The translations under genes and the position numbers were made by a program. The notes beneath the pieces are model-generated. The model saw only the letters and a list, made by a program, of their open reading frames with translations, was not told the origin of the DNA and did not search any database. From positions 1 through 31,032 of the forward strand of contig CAYNYD010000002.1 of assembly GCA_964401375.1 (NCBI GenBank): 31,032 bases of DNA. The letters run 5' to 3'. Numbering within the stretch: position 1 is the first letter of the stretch; each line of letters opens with the position of its first letter. This DNA comes from an uncultured Eubacteriales bacterium. Its GTDB lineage: Bacteria; Bacillota; Clostridia; TANB77; UBA1234. Shown here piece by piece: positions 1-9,567 of the stretch.

Positions 1-89
1 GATTTGTTAGATTTGAAAGAGGCGAAGGTATAGAAAAGAAAGAGGAAAACTTTGCTGAAGAAGTTATGAAACAAATTAATGGTAAATAA
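1..89 (+). CDS. 3' end of an unidentified CDS (...FVRFERGEGIEKKEENFAEEVMKQINGK*) that runs off the window start
   Basis: The frame is open from position 3 to TAA at 87-89 and is followed directly by a terminator hairpin. Confidence 0.45.
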   Translation, partial: FVRFERGEGIEKKEENFAEEVMKQINGK

Positions 90-100
90 TGTAAAAATTT

Positions 101-132
101 AAAGAGACATAATTATGATATGTCTCTTTTTA
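101..132 (+). terminator. Rho-independent terminator
   Basis: There is a perfect 11-bp stem, aaagagacata (101-111) with tatgtctcttt (119-129), a 7-nt loop and a trailing T run. Confidence 0.85.
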
Positions 133-187
133 TGCTTAAAAAACTAAATTTATTGTAACAGTTTATACCTTTAAAAAAATATAGTTC

Positions 188-402
188 AAATGGATTTTAT
201 TGTAAAAATAAAGTTCTTTTCGATGAGTTAGAAGCTGTTAATAAAACAAGGTGAAGTAAATACGGAATTATTTTGTGGCGACGCGACATGCACTTGCGCA
301 TACGGAGCCTTGGAGCCACAAAATCGGATTTACAAGCCTTGTTTTATGTACAGCTTCTGCGATAGAGAAACTCGAACGATATTTTTACAATAAAATCCAT
401 TT
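188..402 (+). ncRNA. Candidate structured RNA: long imperfect hairpin with a large internal bubble (6S-RNA-like architecture)
   Basis: A perfect 22-bp closing stem pairs 188-209 (aaatggattttattgtaaaaat) with 381-402. An asymmetric internal loop of about 21 x 23 nt follows. Perfect helices of 8, 9, 5 and 10 bp are then separated by small loops. The apex is GC-rich (cgacgcgacatgcacttgcgcatacggagcc) in an AT-rich genome. A possible -10 tatagt lies at 180-185 and a T6 run at 414-419. Strand choice is uncertain because the element is palindromic. Confidence 0.4.
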
Positions 403-467
403 AACCTAGTCAATTTTTTAAGGGAGCAGTAATATTACGATAAATTAGCTTTTTAGGTATAAGTAAA

Positions 468-497
468 TTGACAATAAAATATATTTAAGTATATAAT
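468..497 (+). promoter_or_regulatory. Sigma-A promoter of the glycopolymer locus
   Basis: TTGACA (468-473), an 18-nt spacer and TATAAT (492-497). The RBS agggagg lies just upstream of ATG 544. Confidence 0.75.
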
Positions 498-543
498 AAT
501 TTTGTTTATTTAAGAACATTAAAATTGTTTAGGGAGGCTAAAA

Positions 544-2472
544 ATGGCTAATAAGAAGAAAATAAAAAATAATGTAAATACTGCAAAGACAGGCAAAGAC
601 AGAGCTAAATGGGGAAGAATTGCTCAGTATATTTTAATTGGACTAATTTTTTCTATACCATTTTGCCTATTATGTGGCTGGTTATTTGGCGATACAAAAA
701 TATCTGAGATTGGGGATAATTTTGTTACAGCCTTAATTCAAAATTACAACTATATTTTAGGTACGCTTGTTTTAATACCAGTAATTGCATATATTTATTC
801 AAAAATAAAAGAAGAAATGAATAAAAAGTTAGTTTCGGACTCTTCTATAGTTCTGTGGGGATTTATTGCTGTAATTGTTGTTATTGCTGCAATAATAGTG
901 ATATGTAAGCTTTTTTATCCAATAAATAGTACTACATATTATGGACAAAATTCGTGTGTATCAATATGTTTCTTTTTAAGTGCTGTAATTATAGTGATAT
1001 TAGAATCAATAGTATGTTTAGTTTTAAAGATTATTGATTTTTCAAAAGAAAAAGGAAAGTTACTTAAAGCTATAGGAAGATATTCTCCTATTATATTATT
1101 AGTATTATTTTTAATATGGACATTTATTAGTTGTTTATTAGCTCCTAGTAATGTTGATTATGCATTAGATACTAGCAAGGCTATGCAATCAATTATAGGC
1201 AGTAGTGATGTAAATGCAGAAAATATAGATATAATGAATAATGAAGTCTTATCTAAAACATTAAATGGCTGTTATAATTTAAAAGATGGCTATTGGGCAT
1301 TTTTAATGTATGGTTCTATATTTCTTGCAGCAATGTTGATTGAAAAAAATGAATTAAAAGGAAAGAAAAATTTAATCAAAGGTTTTGTATTAGTGATTAC
1401 ATTTTTATCTGTATTGACTATTGGTGTAACTATTTATACAAATGTAAAAATGGATGAAGCAAACGAATTATATGAACAATATAAACTTCATTCTGGAGAA
1501 TTAAATTATGGAAAAGAATTAACGAAGTCAGACTTTACTAATATAGTAAATAATGAATTATATCAAAAATATGCTGAATTATATATTTACCCAAGTAGAG
1601 GAGTGTTTAGAAATTCTAACCATTTTGCGTATGTTCTTTGTATGGCTGCTTTAGCATCTGCTGTATTGATTTTTACAGAAAAAAAATGGTGGCAAAAACT
1701 TTTATATATTTTAACATTTATTGTAATACTATATATGTTGATTATAAATAATACATTTGGTGGATATTTGGGTGTTACAGTAGCATTGGTATGCTTATTT
1801 ATTTATAAAATAGTAGATATAATTCGCAAGGCTATAATGAAAGATGAAAATGGTAAGTTAAATAATATTTTGAATGAATCAGGATTTTTAATAGTAATAT
1901 GTGCTATATTTTTAGTACTTACTTTTAATGTAAAAGGTGAAGATGGAAATGCTATCGCAGTTAAAAGCATACAAGGTTTTGTTAAAGATATTGGCATATT
2001 TGGTGGGTATATGACGAATACTGAAAATCCTACAGAAGTTGATGTAAGTACACTTGATAATTCTATTAGAAAAGCAGGTTCGGGTAGAGGTGAAACATGG
2101 ATAAAAGTATGGGAATTAATTAAACAAAGACCGATGTTTGGTTATGGACTTGAATGTTTATTATTTCAATTTAATGGACAATTTGGAGTAAATGAAGGAA
2201 GAACACACAATTTATTATTGCAATTATTAGCAACTGTCGGCATTCCAGGAACAATTATGTATTTTTCAGCATTGGCTATAATATTTATAAGGCTTCTTAA
2301 AAATTGGAAAACTTGGGATGATGTAGAAAAGATTTGTGTATTTGTAGGTATAGCATATATGGTTACGGCTCTTACAGGAAATTCAACATATTATACATCA
2401 CCTTACTTTATGATGTTCTTGGGATTTGTGGCATTAACACCATGGAAACGTGAAGATGCAGAGAAAAATTAA
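544..2472 (+). CDS. O-antigen ligase / Wzy-polymerase family polytopic membrane protein (642 aa)
   Basis: The protein has many TM helices and Wzy_C-type motifs (RGVFRNSNHFAYVLCMAA; RTHNLLLQLLATVGIPG). It has a strong RBS and is the first gene of the locus. Confidence 0.75.
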   Translation: MANKKKIKNNVNTAKTGKDRAKWGRIAQYILIGLIFSIPFCLLCGWLFGDTKISEIGDNFVTALIQNYNYILGTLVLIPVIAYIYSKIKEEMNKKLVSDSSIVLWGFIAVIVVIAAIIVICKLFYPINSTTYYGQNSCVSICFFLSAVIIVILESIVCLVLKIIDFSKEKGKLLKAIGRYSPIILLVLFLIWTFISCLLAPSNVDYALDTSKAMQSIIGSSDVNAENIDIMNNEVLSKTLNGCYNLKDGYWAFLMYGSIFLAAMLIEKNELKGKKNLIKGFVLVITFLSVLTIGVTIYTNVKMDEANELYEQYKLHSGELNYGKELTKSDFTNIVNNELYQKYAELYIYPSRGVFRNSNHFAYVLCMAALASAVLIFTEKKWWQKLLYILTFIVILYMLIINNTFGGYLGVTVALVCLFIYKIVDIIRKAIMKDENGKLNNILNESGFLIVICAIFLVLTFNVKGEDGNAIAVKSIQGFVKDIGIFGGYMTNTENPTEVDVSTLDNSIRKAGSGRGETWIKVWELIKQRPMFGYGLECLLFQFNGQFGVNEGRTHNLLLQLLATVGIPGTIMYFSALAIIFIRLLKNWKTWDDVEKICVFVGIAYMVTALTGNSTYYTSPYFMMFLGFVALTPWKREDAEKN

Positions 2473-2592
2473 TATATAATTTACTTGGCGAAATAATACA
2501 GTAAATTATTGGAATATTACATAAATTCTTGACTATTTTGGCGATATGTTATAAAATTTTATTGTAACTTTAGAGAAGAGGTGTAGTAGAAA

Positions 2593-3240
2593 ATGTATAA
2601 GTACTTCAAAAGAATATTTGATGTAATTATTGCATTTGTTCTTTTGCTTATTCTGTCAGTACCGATGCTAATTGTTGCACTTTTAATAAAATTGGAAGAT
2701 GGTGGACCAGTTTTATATAAACAAAAAAGAGTGGGTAAAGATTTAAAACTTTTTACTATATATAAATTTAGGTCTATGAGTACAAATAGAAAAGAATTTG
2801 ATGGTAAATTAACCCATGAACAAATGGTTACTAATATAGGTAAATTTATTAGAAGGACAAGTATAGATGAATTACCACAAATAATAAATGTTATAAAAGG
2901 TGATATGGCATTTATAGGTCCTAGACCTTGGATTGAAGATTATTATGAATGGTTTACTGATGAACAAAAAAGAAGGAATGAAGTTTTACCCGGTATTTCT
3001 GGACTAGCTCAAGTTAAGGGTAGAAATGGTATAAGTATTAGTGAAAAAATAAAATATGATGTTGAATATGTAGATAATGTTAGTTTTAGTCTTGACTTAA
3101 AAATATGGTATGAGACATTAAAAACGATTTTATGTGGAAAAGAAGCCGAAATATCTGAAAATGGAATAAAAGATGAAATTGAAGAATTGAAAAGCGAAAA
3201 TCAAATATCAAAAAAAAAGAAGACTAAAGTAAGTGCATAA
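2593..3240 (+). CDS. Priming phosphoglycosyl transferase (small 'bacterial sugar transferase', PF02397/EpsL-WbaP C-terminal type)
   Basis: It has an N-terminal re-entrant helix and the signature SIDELPQIINVIKGDMAFIGPRP...PGISGLAQV. Confidence 0.9.
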   Translation: MYKYFKRIFDVIIAFVLLLILSVPMLIVALLIKLEDGGPVLYKQKRVGKDLKLFTIYKFRSMSTNRKEFDGKLTHEQMVTNIGKFIRRTSIDELPQIINVIKGDMAFIGPRPWIEDYYEWFTDEQKRRNEVLPGISGLAQVKGRNGISISEKIKYDVEYVDNVSFSLDLKIWYETLKTILCGKEAEISENGIKDEIEELKSENQISKKKKTKVSA

Positions 3241-3256
3241 ATAAATAAAGTTTATT

Positions 3257-3309
3257 AAAAAACTAATGTGTTTTCGTTTTACAATATTAAAAAATGCATT
3301 AGTTTTTTT
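3257..3309 (+). terminator. Possible terminator or attenuator hairpin between the priming transferase and the GT genes
   Basis: aaaaaactaatg (3257-3268) pairs with cattagtttttt (3297-3309), which includes a T7 run. The 28-nt loop is large, so this may be only a weak terminator. Confidence 0.4.
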
Positions 3310-3396
3310 AATGCAAAAATAGTAGTATTTTGTTTAAAAACTGCTATTAAAAGGTATAAATAAAATTTTTTAATGTATAAGTAGAAAGGAAAAATT

Positions 3397-4515
3397 ATGA
3401 AAAAAGTTCTATTTGTTGCTCATGTTGATTCTCATATTAGACACTTTCATATTCCATATTTAAAATATTTTAAAGAAAAGGGTTATGAAGTTCATGTCGC
3501 AACATCAAATAATGAAAATGAGATTTTTCCATATTGTGATGTTAAACATATAATATCATTTGAACGTAATCCATTTAGCTTTAATAATATAAAGGCAGTT
3601 AAACAGATGAAGGAATTGTTTGAACAAGAAAAATTTGATTTAGTTCATTGTCATACACCAATAGGTGGAGCTGTAACTAGATTGGTTTCAAAAAAAACTA
3701 GAAAAAATGGGACTAAAATTTTTTATACTGCACATGGATTTCATTTTTATAAAGGTGCTCCAATTATTAATTGGGTCCTATATTATCCGATTGAAAGATA
3801 TCTTTCAAAATATACAGATGTTTTAATAACTATCAATCACGAAGATTACGAAATTGCTAAAAATAAATTTAAAGCTAGAAGAACTGAACTAGTTCATGGT
3901 GTGGGAGTAGATGATAAGAAATTTAATACTGAACCGTTAAATGAAGAAGAAAATAAAAACTTAAGAAAAGAGCTTAAAATAAATGATGGCGATTTTGTAA
4001 TGATGTATGTTGCAGAATTAATTGATAGAAAAAATCAGCTAATGATAATAGAAGCAATGAAGGATATAATAAAAGAAAAAGCAAACATAAAATTCTTCTT
4101 AATTGGAAATGGAAATAATGAAGAAAAATATTTAAATAAAATAAAAGAGTTAAATTTACAAGATAATGTTTTTTTATTAGGATATAGAAGAGATGTTGAT
4201 AAATTACTGAAACTTGCTGATTTATGTGTAGCAACAAGTAAACGAGAAGGATTAGGAATTAATTTGGTAGAAGCCGCATTTTCAGGTGTACCATTATTAG
4301 CTAAAAATAATAGAGGACATATTGAAGTTGTTAAAGATAGCATAAATGGTTACATATTTAATACTAAAGATGAACTTATATCTAAAATATTATATTTGTA
4401 TGAAAATAGAGATATTTTACAAAAATTGTCATTAAATGCTAGAGAGTCTGTAAAAGATTTTTCATTAGAGAAAGCATTAGGGGAAGGAATTAAGATATAT
4501 GAATCAGAATTATAA
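3397..4515 (+). CDS. Glycosyltransferase family 4 (GT-B fold)
   Basis: The C-terminal EX7E-type motif KREGLGINLVEAAFSGVPLLA is present, and the length (372 aa) is typical. Confidence 0.9.
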   Translation: MKKVLFVAHVDSHIRHFHIPYLKYFKEKGYEVHVATSNNENEIFPYCDVKHIISFERNPFSFNNIKAVKQMKELFEQEKFDLVHCHTPIGGAVTRLVSKKTRKNGTKIFYTAHGFHFYKGAPIINWVLYYPIERYLSKYTDVLITINHEDYEIAKNKFKARRTELVHGVGVDDKKFNTEPLNEEENKNLRKELKINDGDFVMMYVAELIDRKNQLMIIEAMKDIIKEKANIKFFLIGNGNNEEKYLNKIKELNLQDNVFLLGYRRDVDKLLKLADLCVATSKREGLGINLVEAAFSGVPLLAKNNRGHIEVVKDSINGYIFNTKDELISKILYLYENRDILQKLSLNARESVKDFSLEKALGEGIKIYESEL

Positions 4516-5542
4516 AATAAGCATAATTGTTCCAGCTTATAATGTTCAAGATTATATTGAAAAATGTATAAATAGTATACTTAATCAAACATATAAGAAT
4601 ATTGAAGTAATTGTTGTTAATGATGGCTCAACTGATAATACGTTTGATATAATTAATTCATTTGCTAAAAAAGATGATAGAATTAAAATTATAAATCAAG
4701 AGAATCAAGGACTTTCAGAAAGTAGAAATAATGCTATGAAAATGATAAAGTCAGAATATGTGATGTTTGTAGATGCTGATGACTGGATTGATAAAGATAC
4801 TTGTGAAGTAGCAGTAAATGAGATTGGAGACGCAGATATTTTTTGGTTTTCATATGTTAGAGAGTATGAAAAAAACTCATTGCCAAAGAGTGCTTTTGAA
4901 GAAGATAGAAAAATTTTTTCTGGAGAAGAAATAAAAACATTATTACAAAGAAGAATAATTGGGCCGATAGATAGTGAACTTAAACATCCAGAAAAATTAG
5001 ATGCTCTATCTCCAGTGTGGGGGAAGTTGTATAAGTTAAATGTTATAAAAGATATAGCTTTCAAATCTTTTAAAGAAATAGGTGCAACGTGTGAAGATGT
5101 GTTTTACAACATAGAAGTATTAGAAAACGTAAAAAAAGTTATATATATAAATAAAAATTTTTATCATTATAGGAAAACTAATTCTAATTCTTTAGCTAAA
5201 GGAATGGATAAAGAATTGTATAACAAATGGAAAAAGGCATATTTTCTATTAAAAAGATATGTAAAAAATGAGGTTTATGAAAATGCTTTAAATAATCGTT
5301 TTTCAATAAATATAATTGCAATAGGACAAAGAATTGTTAATAGTAATAATTCTTTTAAAGTTAAATTTAATATGCTGAAAGAAATTATGTGTGATGAAGT
5401 ATATTGTAATGCTATAAAATCATTAAATATAAGTGAAATGCCAATACATTGGAAAATTTTTTTTTGGAATATAAAAAAGAAACAAACTTTGATAGTATAT
5501 TTTTTAATAATTTGTATTATTAAATTAGCTAAAATAAAGTAG
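4499..5542 (+). CDS. Glycosyltransferase family 2
   Basis: ISIIVPAYNVQDYIEKCINSILNQTY...VVNDGSTD...VDADD. It overlaps the upstream gene by 17 nt, which suggests translational coupling. Confidence 0.9.
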   Translation: MNQNYKISIIVPAYNVQDYIEKCINSILNQTYKNIEVIVVNDGSTDNTFDIINSFAKKDDRIKIINQENQGLSESRNNAMKMIKSEYVMFVDADDWIDKDTCEVAVNEIGDADIFWFSYVREYEKNSLPKSAFEEDRKIFSGEEIKTLLQRRIIGPIDSELKHPEKLDALSPVWGKLYKLNVIKDIAFKSFKEIGATCEDVFYNIEVLENVKKVIYINKNFYHYRKTNSNSLAKGMDKELYNKWKKAYFLLKRYVKNEVYENALNNRFSINIIAIGQRIVNSNNSFKVKFNMLKEIMCDEVYCNAIKSLNISEMPIHWKIFFWNIKKKQTLIVYFLIICIIKLAKIK

Positions 5543-5561
5543 TTATATGAAAGGAATAAAG

Positions 5562-6506
5562 ATGGAGAAACTTATTTCAATAATTGTACCAGTTTATAAT
5601 GTTGAACAGTATCTTAAGGAATGCTTAGATAGTCTAATAAGTCAAACTTATAAGAATATCGAAATTATTATAGTAGATGATGGTTCGACAGATAAATCTG
5701 GTACAATTTGTGATAAATATGCTAAAAAAGATAATCGAATTAAAGTTGTGCATAAAGAAAATGGTGGAGTTAGTAGTGCAAGAAATACAGGAATAAGTAT
5801 TGCAAATGGAGAATATATAACTTTTGTTGACTCTGATGATTATATTTATAAAGATGCAATTTATAACCTTTATGATAGTTGCATTAATTCAAATTCAGAT
5901 ATGGCAATAGGAGGAGTAAAAGACTTTAAAGATGGCAAAATTGTTTGCACTAGTTTGAAAAAAAATAAAATACTAAACACAGAAGAAGCTTTAAAATATT
6001 TTTTTAATGAAAAATATTTTAAATGTACGGTATGGGCAAAGATATATAAAAAAAGTTTAATGGTTAATGAAAGATTTGATGAAAATATAAAATTGATAGA
6101 AGACTTTGAATTCTCTTATAGAATTATGAAAAAAGTTAATAAAGTAGCATTAAATACGTGTACTTATGTTTATGCTTATAGAATTAGAAATAATAGTCTT
6201 ATGCGACAAAAGTATAATAAAAAATTTGAAAATGAAATAGATTTATCTGAAAAAGTTCTTGAAGATGTGTCTAAGATATATCCTAGTTTAAAAAATAATG
6301 CAATTAGAAGATATCAAAGAGTTATCGTAAGTTGTATAGATAAATATTTTAGAGAAACTGAAGAAACTGAAGGCATTAAATACTTGTTAGAGAAATTAAA
6401 AAAATATCCTAATGAATTAGACTTATTCCAAAGAGTAAAATTATTTATGATATTACATTGTAAAAAAATTCTTAAAATTATCTATAAAAATTTAGGCAAG
6501 ATGTAA
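5562..6506 (+). CDS. Glycosyltransferase family 2 (paralog A)
   Basis: ISIIVPVYNVEQYLKECLDSLISQTY...VDDGSTD...VDSDD. The start is moved to ATG 5562, which has an aaagga RBS; the track start at 5547 has none. Confidence 0.9.
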   Translation: MEKLISIIVPVYNVEQYLKECLDSLISQTYKNIEIIIVDDGSTDKSGTICDKYAKKDNRIKVVHKENGGVSSARNTGISIANGEYITFVDSDDYIYKDAIYNLYDSCINSNSDMAIGGVKDFKDGKIVCTSLKKNKILNTEEALKYFFNEKYFKCTVWAKIYKKSLMVNERFDENIKLIEDFEFSYRIMKKVNKVALNTCTYVYAYRIRNNSLMRQKYNKKFENEIDLSEKVLEDVSKIYPSLKNNAIRRYQRVIVSCIDKYFRETEETEGIKYLLEKLKKYPNELDLFQRVKLFMILHCKKILKIIYKNLGKM

Positions 6507-6526
6507 AAATGGTAGAGGGATGAAGT

Positions 6527-7525
6527 ATGGGTGATAAAATAGATTTTGTTTTAACTTGGGTCGATGGAAATGATATAAAATGGCAAGAAGAAAAGAACAA
6601 ATTTAGTGATGATATAAATTCTAAAAGAAGTAAGGAAAATAGATATAGGGATTGGGATAGCTTAAAATATTGGTTTAGGGGTGTTGAAAAATTTGCCCCT
6701 TGGGTAAACAATATTTATTTTGTAACATGTGGACAATGTCCTAAATGGCTAAATTTAAATCATCCTAAATTGAAATTTATTAAACATGAGGATTATATTC
6801 CAAAAGAATATTTACCAACATTTAGTGCAAATCCAATTGAAATTAATTTCCATAGAATAAAAGGTTTGAGTGATAAATTTGTTTATTTTAATGACGATAT
6901 ATTTTTAACAAATAAAATTGATAAACAAGATTTTTTTAAAAATAATAAACCAAGATTGATTGCTGGTTGTGATATAATATATAGCGAAGATTATGATGAT
7001 ACATTTTCACATATATTACTTAATGATTCTGCTATAATTAATAAATATTTTAACAAAAAGGCTGTTATAAAAAAGAATTTCTTTAAGTGGTTTAATTTTC
7101 ATTACAATTTAAAAACAATTGGTAAAACATTATCTTTTGCTTTATTTAATAAATTTTCCTCTTTCATAGTACCTCATCTTCCAACTCCAATTTTAAAAAG
7201 CACAATTGAAGAACTTTGGAAGTTAGAAAATAATATTTTAGATAAAACGTCGAGGAATAAGTTTAGAACAAAAGAGGACGTTAACCAATATATTTTTAGT
7301 TGGTATGATATAGCTAGAAATAATTTTGAAGTGTTGAGTAGTAATTTTGGAAAATATTTTGCAATTAAAGATAGCATTGAAAATGTTACAAATGCAATTT
7401 GTAAACAAAAATATAAAATTGTTTGTATCAGTGATGATTTAGAAGTGGACTTTGAAAAAGCTAAAAAAGAAATTAATAAAGCATTTGAAAAGATTTTACC
7501 CCAAAAGTCTGATTTTGAAATATAA
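6527..7525 (+). CDS. Stealth-family (CR1-CR3 motifs) sugar-1-phosphate transferase
   Basis: CR1 is DFVLTWVDGNDIKW. CR2 is YRDWDSLKYWFRGVEKFAPWVNNIYFVTCGQCPKWL. CR3 is FVYFNDDIFL. Confidence 0.85.
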   Translation: MGDKIDFVLTWVDGNDIKWQEEKNKFSDDINSKRSKENRYRDWDSLKYWFRGVEKFAPWVNNIYFVTCGQCPKWLNLNHPKLKFIKHEDYIPKEYLPTFSANPIEINFHRIKGLSDKFVYFNDDIFLTNKIDKQDFFKNNKPRLIAGCDIIYSEDYDDTFSHILLNDSAIINKYFNKKAVIKKNFFKWFNFHYNLKTIGKTLSFALFNKFSSFIVPHLPTPILKSTIEELWKLENNILDKTSRNKFRTKEDVNQYIFSWYDIARNNFEVLSSNFGKYFAIKDSIENVTNAICKQKYKIVCISDDLEVDFEKAKKEINKAFEKILPQKSDFEI

Positions 7526-7542
7526 ACTTGTGGAGGAAATAT

Positions 7543-8568
7543 ATGGAAAATGTATCTGGCTTTATTTCTGTAATTGTACCAGTTTATAATAGCGAAAAAT
7601 ATTTAGAAAAATGTTTGGAAAGTATTATAAACCAAACTTATAAAAAATTAGAAATTATTTTAATAGATGATGGTTCAATAGATGAAAGTGGAAAAATATG
7701 TGATGAATATGCTAAGAAAGATAGCAGAATTAAAGTCATTCACAAAAAAAATGAAGGAGTTAGTGCTGCTAGAAATCAAGGACTGGAAATTGCAACTGGA
7801 GAATATATTGCTTTTGTCGATTCAGATGACTGGATCGAGGAAGAAATGTATGAGGAAATGATTGAACAAGCTAAAATAAATAATGCTGATATTGTTAGGT
7901 GTGCTCAAATTTTTGAATATTCTAATAAAAGTGTAAAAGATGAAAATGTTTTGATAGACAATAGCTATATAGATGTGAAGTCTGACAAATCATATTTCAT
8001 AAATTTAATTTTGGATTGTGGTGTTATGCCGTCATTTTTTCTATTATTAATAAGAAAAGATATTGTTGATAAATTTAATATTAGATTTAATAATGAATTA
8101 ATTATTGGTGAAGATTTATTATTTGTACTTACTTTACTTTGTAATATAGATGTTATGTATATTTATAAAAAATTTTTTTATCATTATAATATACATGAGC
8201 AAAGTGCTATGAATTCAATGAATAAAAATGCACAAAATTCTAAAAATTTACTAATTTTGTATAATGAAATAAATAATTTATTAGAAAAAAATGATATTAA
8301 TATGCTCGAAAAAACATCTAGGTATATTTTTTATAGAATTTATTATAGAATAGCAGATACAGTTATTTATGAAAAGAATAAATCTATTATTGAATATTTT
8401 ATAAATAATGATGTATTTAATAATCTCATAGGAAATGTTGACAAAAATAAATTATCGATATTTGGAAAAGTTTTTTTAAAACTTTTTATGACAAAAAAGA
8501 CAAATATTTTATATTTATATTGTTATATATTTTCTTGGCTAAGAAAAATTAAGAAAGGAGCTATATAA
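7543..8568 (+). CDS. Glycosyltransferase family 2 (paralog B)
   Basis: ISVIVPVYNSEKYLEKCLESIINQTY...IDDGSIDESGKICDEYAKKD...VDSDD. GGAGG at 7532-7536 supports ATG 7543 rather than the TTG at 7528 used by the track. Confidence 0.9.
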   Translation: MENVSGFISVIVPVYNSEKYLEKCLESIINQTYKKLEIILIDDGSIDESGKICDEYAKKDSRIKVIHKKNEGVSAARNQGLEIATGEYIAFVDSDDWIEEEMYEEMIEQAKINNADIVRCAQIFEYSNKSVKDENVLIDNSYIDVKSDKSYFINLILDCGVMPSFFLLLIRKDIVDKFNIRFNNELIIGEDLLFVLTLLCNIDVMYIYKKFFYHYNIHEQSAMNSMNKNAQNSKNLLILYNEINNLLEKNDINMLEKTSRYIFYRIYYRIADTVIYEKNKSIIEYFINNDVFNNLIGNVDKNKLSIFGKVFLKLFMTKKTNILYLYCYIFSWLRKIKKGAI

Positions 8569-8586
8569 TTTTATATAGTAATTATT

Positions 8587-9567
8587 ATGAATCTAATTTC
8601 AGTAATTGTACCTATATATAATGTTGAAAAATATATAAGAAAATGTATAGATAGCATAATAAATCAAACATATATAAACCTTGAAATTATCTTAGTTGAT
8701 GATGGTTCACCAGATAATTGTGGGGAAATATGTGATGAATATGCTAAAAAAGATAATAGAATAAAAGTTATACATAAACAAAATGGAGGACTAAGCAGTA
8801 GTAGAAATGCTGGGCTTGATATTGCAAAAGGTGAGTATATTTCTTTTATTGATTCAGATGATTATGTTGCTGAAAATTTTATTGAGAAATTGTATGATGT
8901 ATGTATTAAAAACGAAGCTGATATTGCCGAGTGCGATTTTTTGAAATTTGAGAATGATGTTTTAAATGAAAATAATCAAGAGTATTCTTGTGAGTGCTAT
9001 AAACCAATTGAAATGCAAAATAAAATTTTCACGAAAGAAAATGTTAAAACAATAGTAGTATGGAATAAATTGTATAAGAAATATATTTATGAAAATTTGC
9101 GTTTCCCAGAAGGTAAAATAAATGAAGATGAATTTATTACTTATAAAGCTTTTTATAATTGTAAAAGGAATATTGCAGTTATAAATGAAAAATTATATTA
9201 TTATCGTTTTAATTCAGAAAGCATTATGGGAAGTAAATTTAATGTGAAAAGACTTGATGCTTTAGAAGCTCTGAAAGAAAGAAAGACTTTTTATAAGGAA
9301 AAAAATGAAGAGGAACTTTATGAAAAATCAGTTGCTTATTATCAAAATGCGTTAAAAAAATATTATATATTGGTTAGGGAAAATATCGAAAATCCTAAAA
9401 ATTATTTTACAAAGATAAAAAAAGAATCTAAAAAGAATCTAAAAGATTATATGAAATTAAAAAATGTTAATACAATAGAAAAAATAAAAATGAGGTTATT
9501 TTTTTGTGTTCCAAACATTTATTGTGAATATATTAAAATGAGAAATGGAAATGGAGGAAATAAATGA
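8587..9567 (+). CDS. Glycosyltransferase family 2 (paralog C)
   Basis: ISVIVPIYNVEKYIRKCIDSIINQTY...VDDGSPDNCGEICDEYAKKD...IDSDD. It shares an ATGA stop/start overlap with the next gene. Confidence 0.9.
   Translation: MNLISVIVPIYNVEKYIRKCIDSIINQTYINLEIILVDDGSPDNCGEICDEYAKKDNRIKVIHKQNGGLSSSRNAGLDIAKGEYISFIDSDDYVAENFIEKLYDVCIKNEADIAECDFLKFENDVLNENNQEYSCECYKPIEMQNKIFTKENVKTIVVWNKLYKKYIYENLRFPEGKINEDEFITYKAFYNCKRNIAVINEKLYYYRFNSESIMGSKFNVKRLDALEALKERKTFYKEKNEEELYEKSVAYYQNALKKYYILVRENIENPKNYFTKIKKESKKNLKDYMKLKNVNTIEKIKMRLFFCVPNIYCEYIKMRNGNGGNK

Noticed and set aside
188-402. The long hairpin as a MITE, palindromic repeat element or integron attC
   Set aside because: There is no recognisable target-site duplication, no integrase or transposase nearby, and only a single copy in the window. 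The GC-rich apex and large internal bubble favour a structured RNA. This cannot be fully excluded without genome-wide copy counts.
188-543. The hairpin as a 5' leader or antitermination element (EAR/LoaP-type) of the polysaccharide operon
   Set aside because: The strong TTGACA/TATAAT promoter (468-497) lies downstream of the hairpin, so the element is not in the operon's primary 5' UTR.
3210-3218. The A9 tract near the 3' end of the priming transferase, and T8 or A8 tracts at 19245-19252, 16685-16692 and 12164-12171, as phase-variation switches
   Set aside because: Such runs are expected by chance in DNA this AT-rich. The A9 tract would affect only a non-conserved C-terminal tail. There is no evidence of length heterogeneity in a single sequence.
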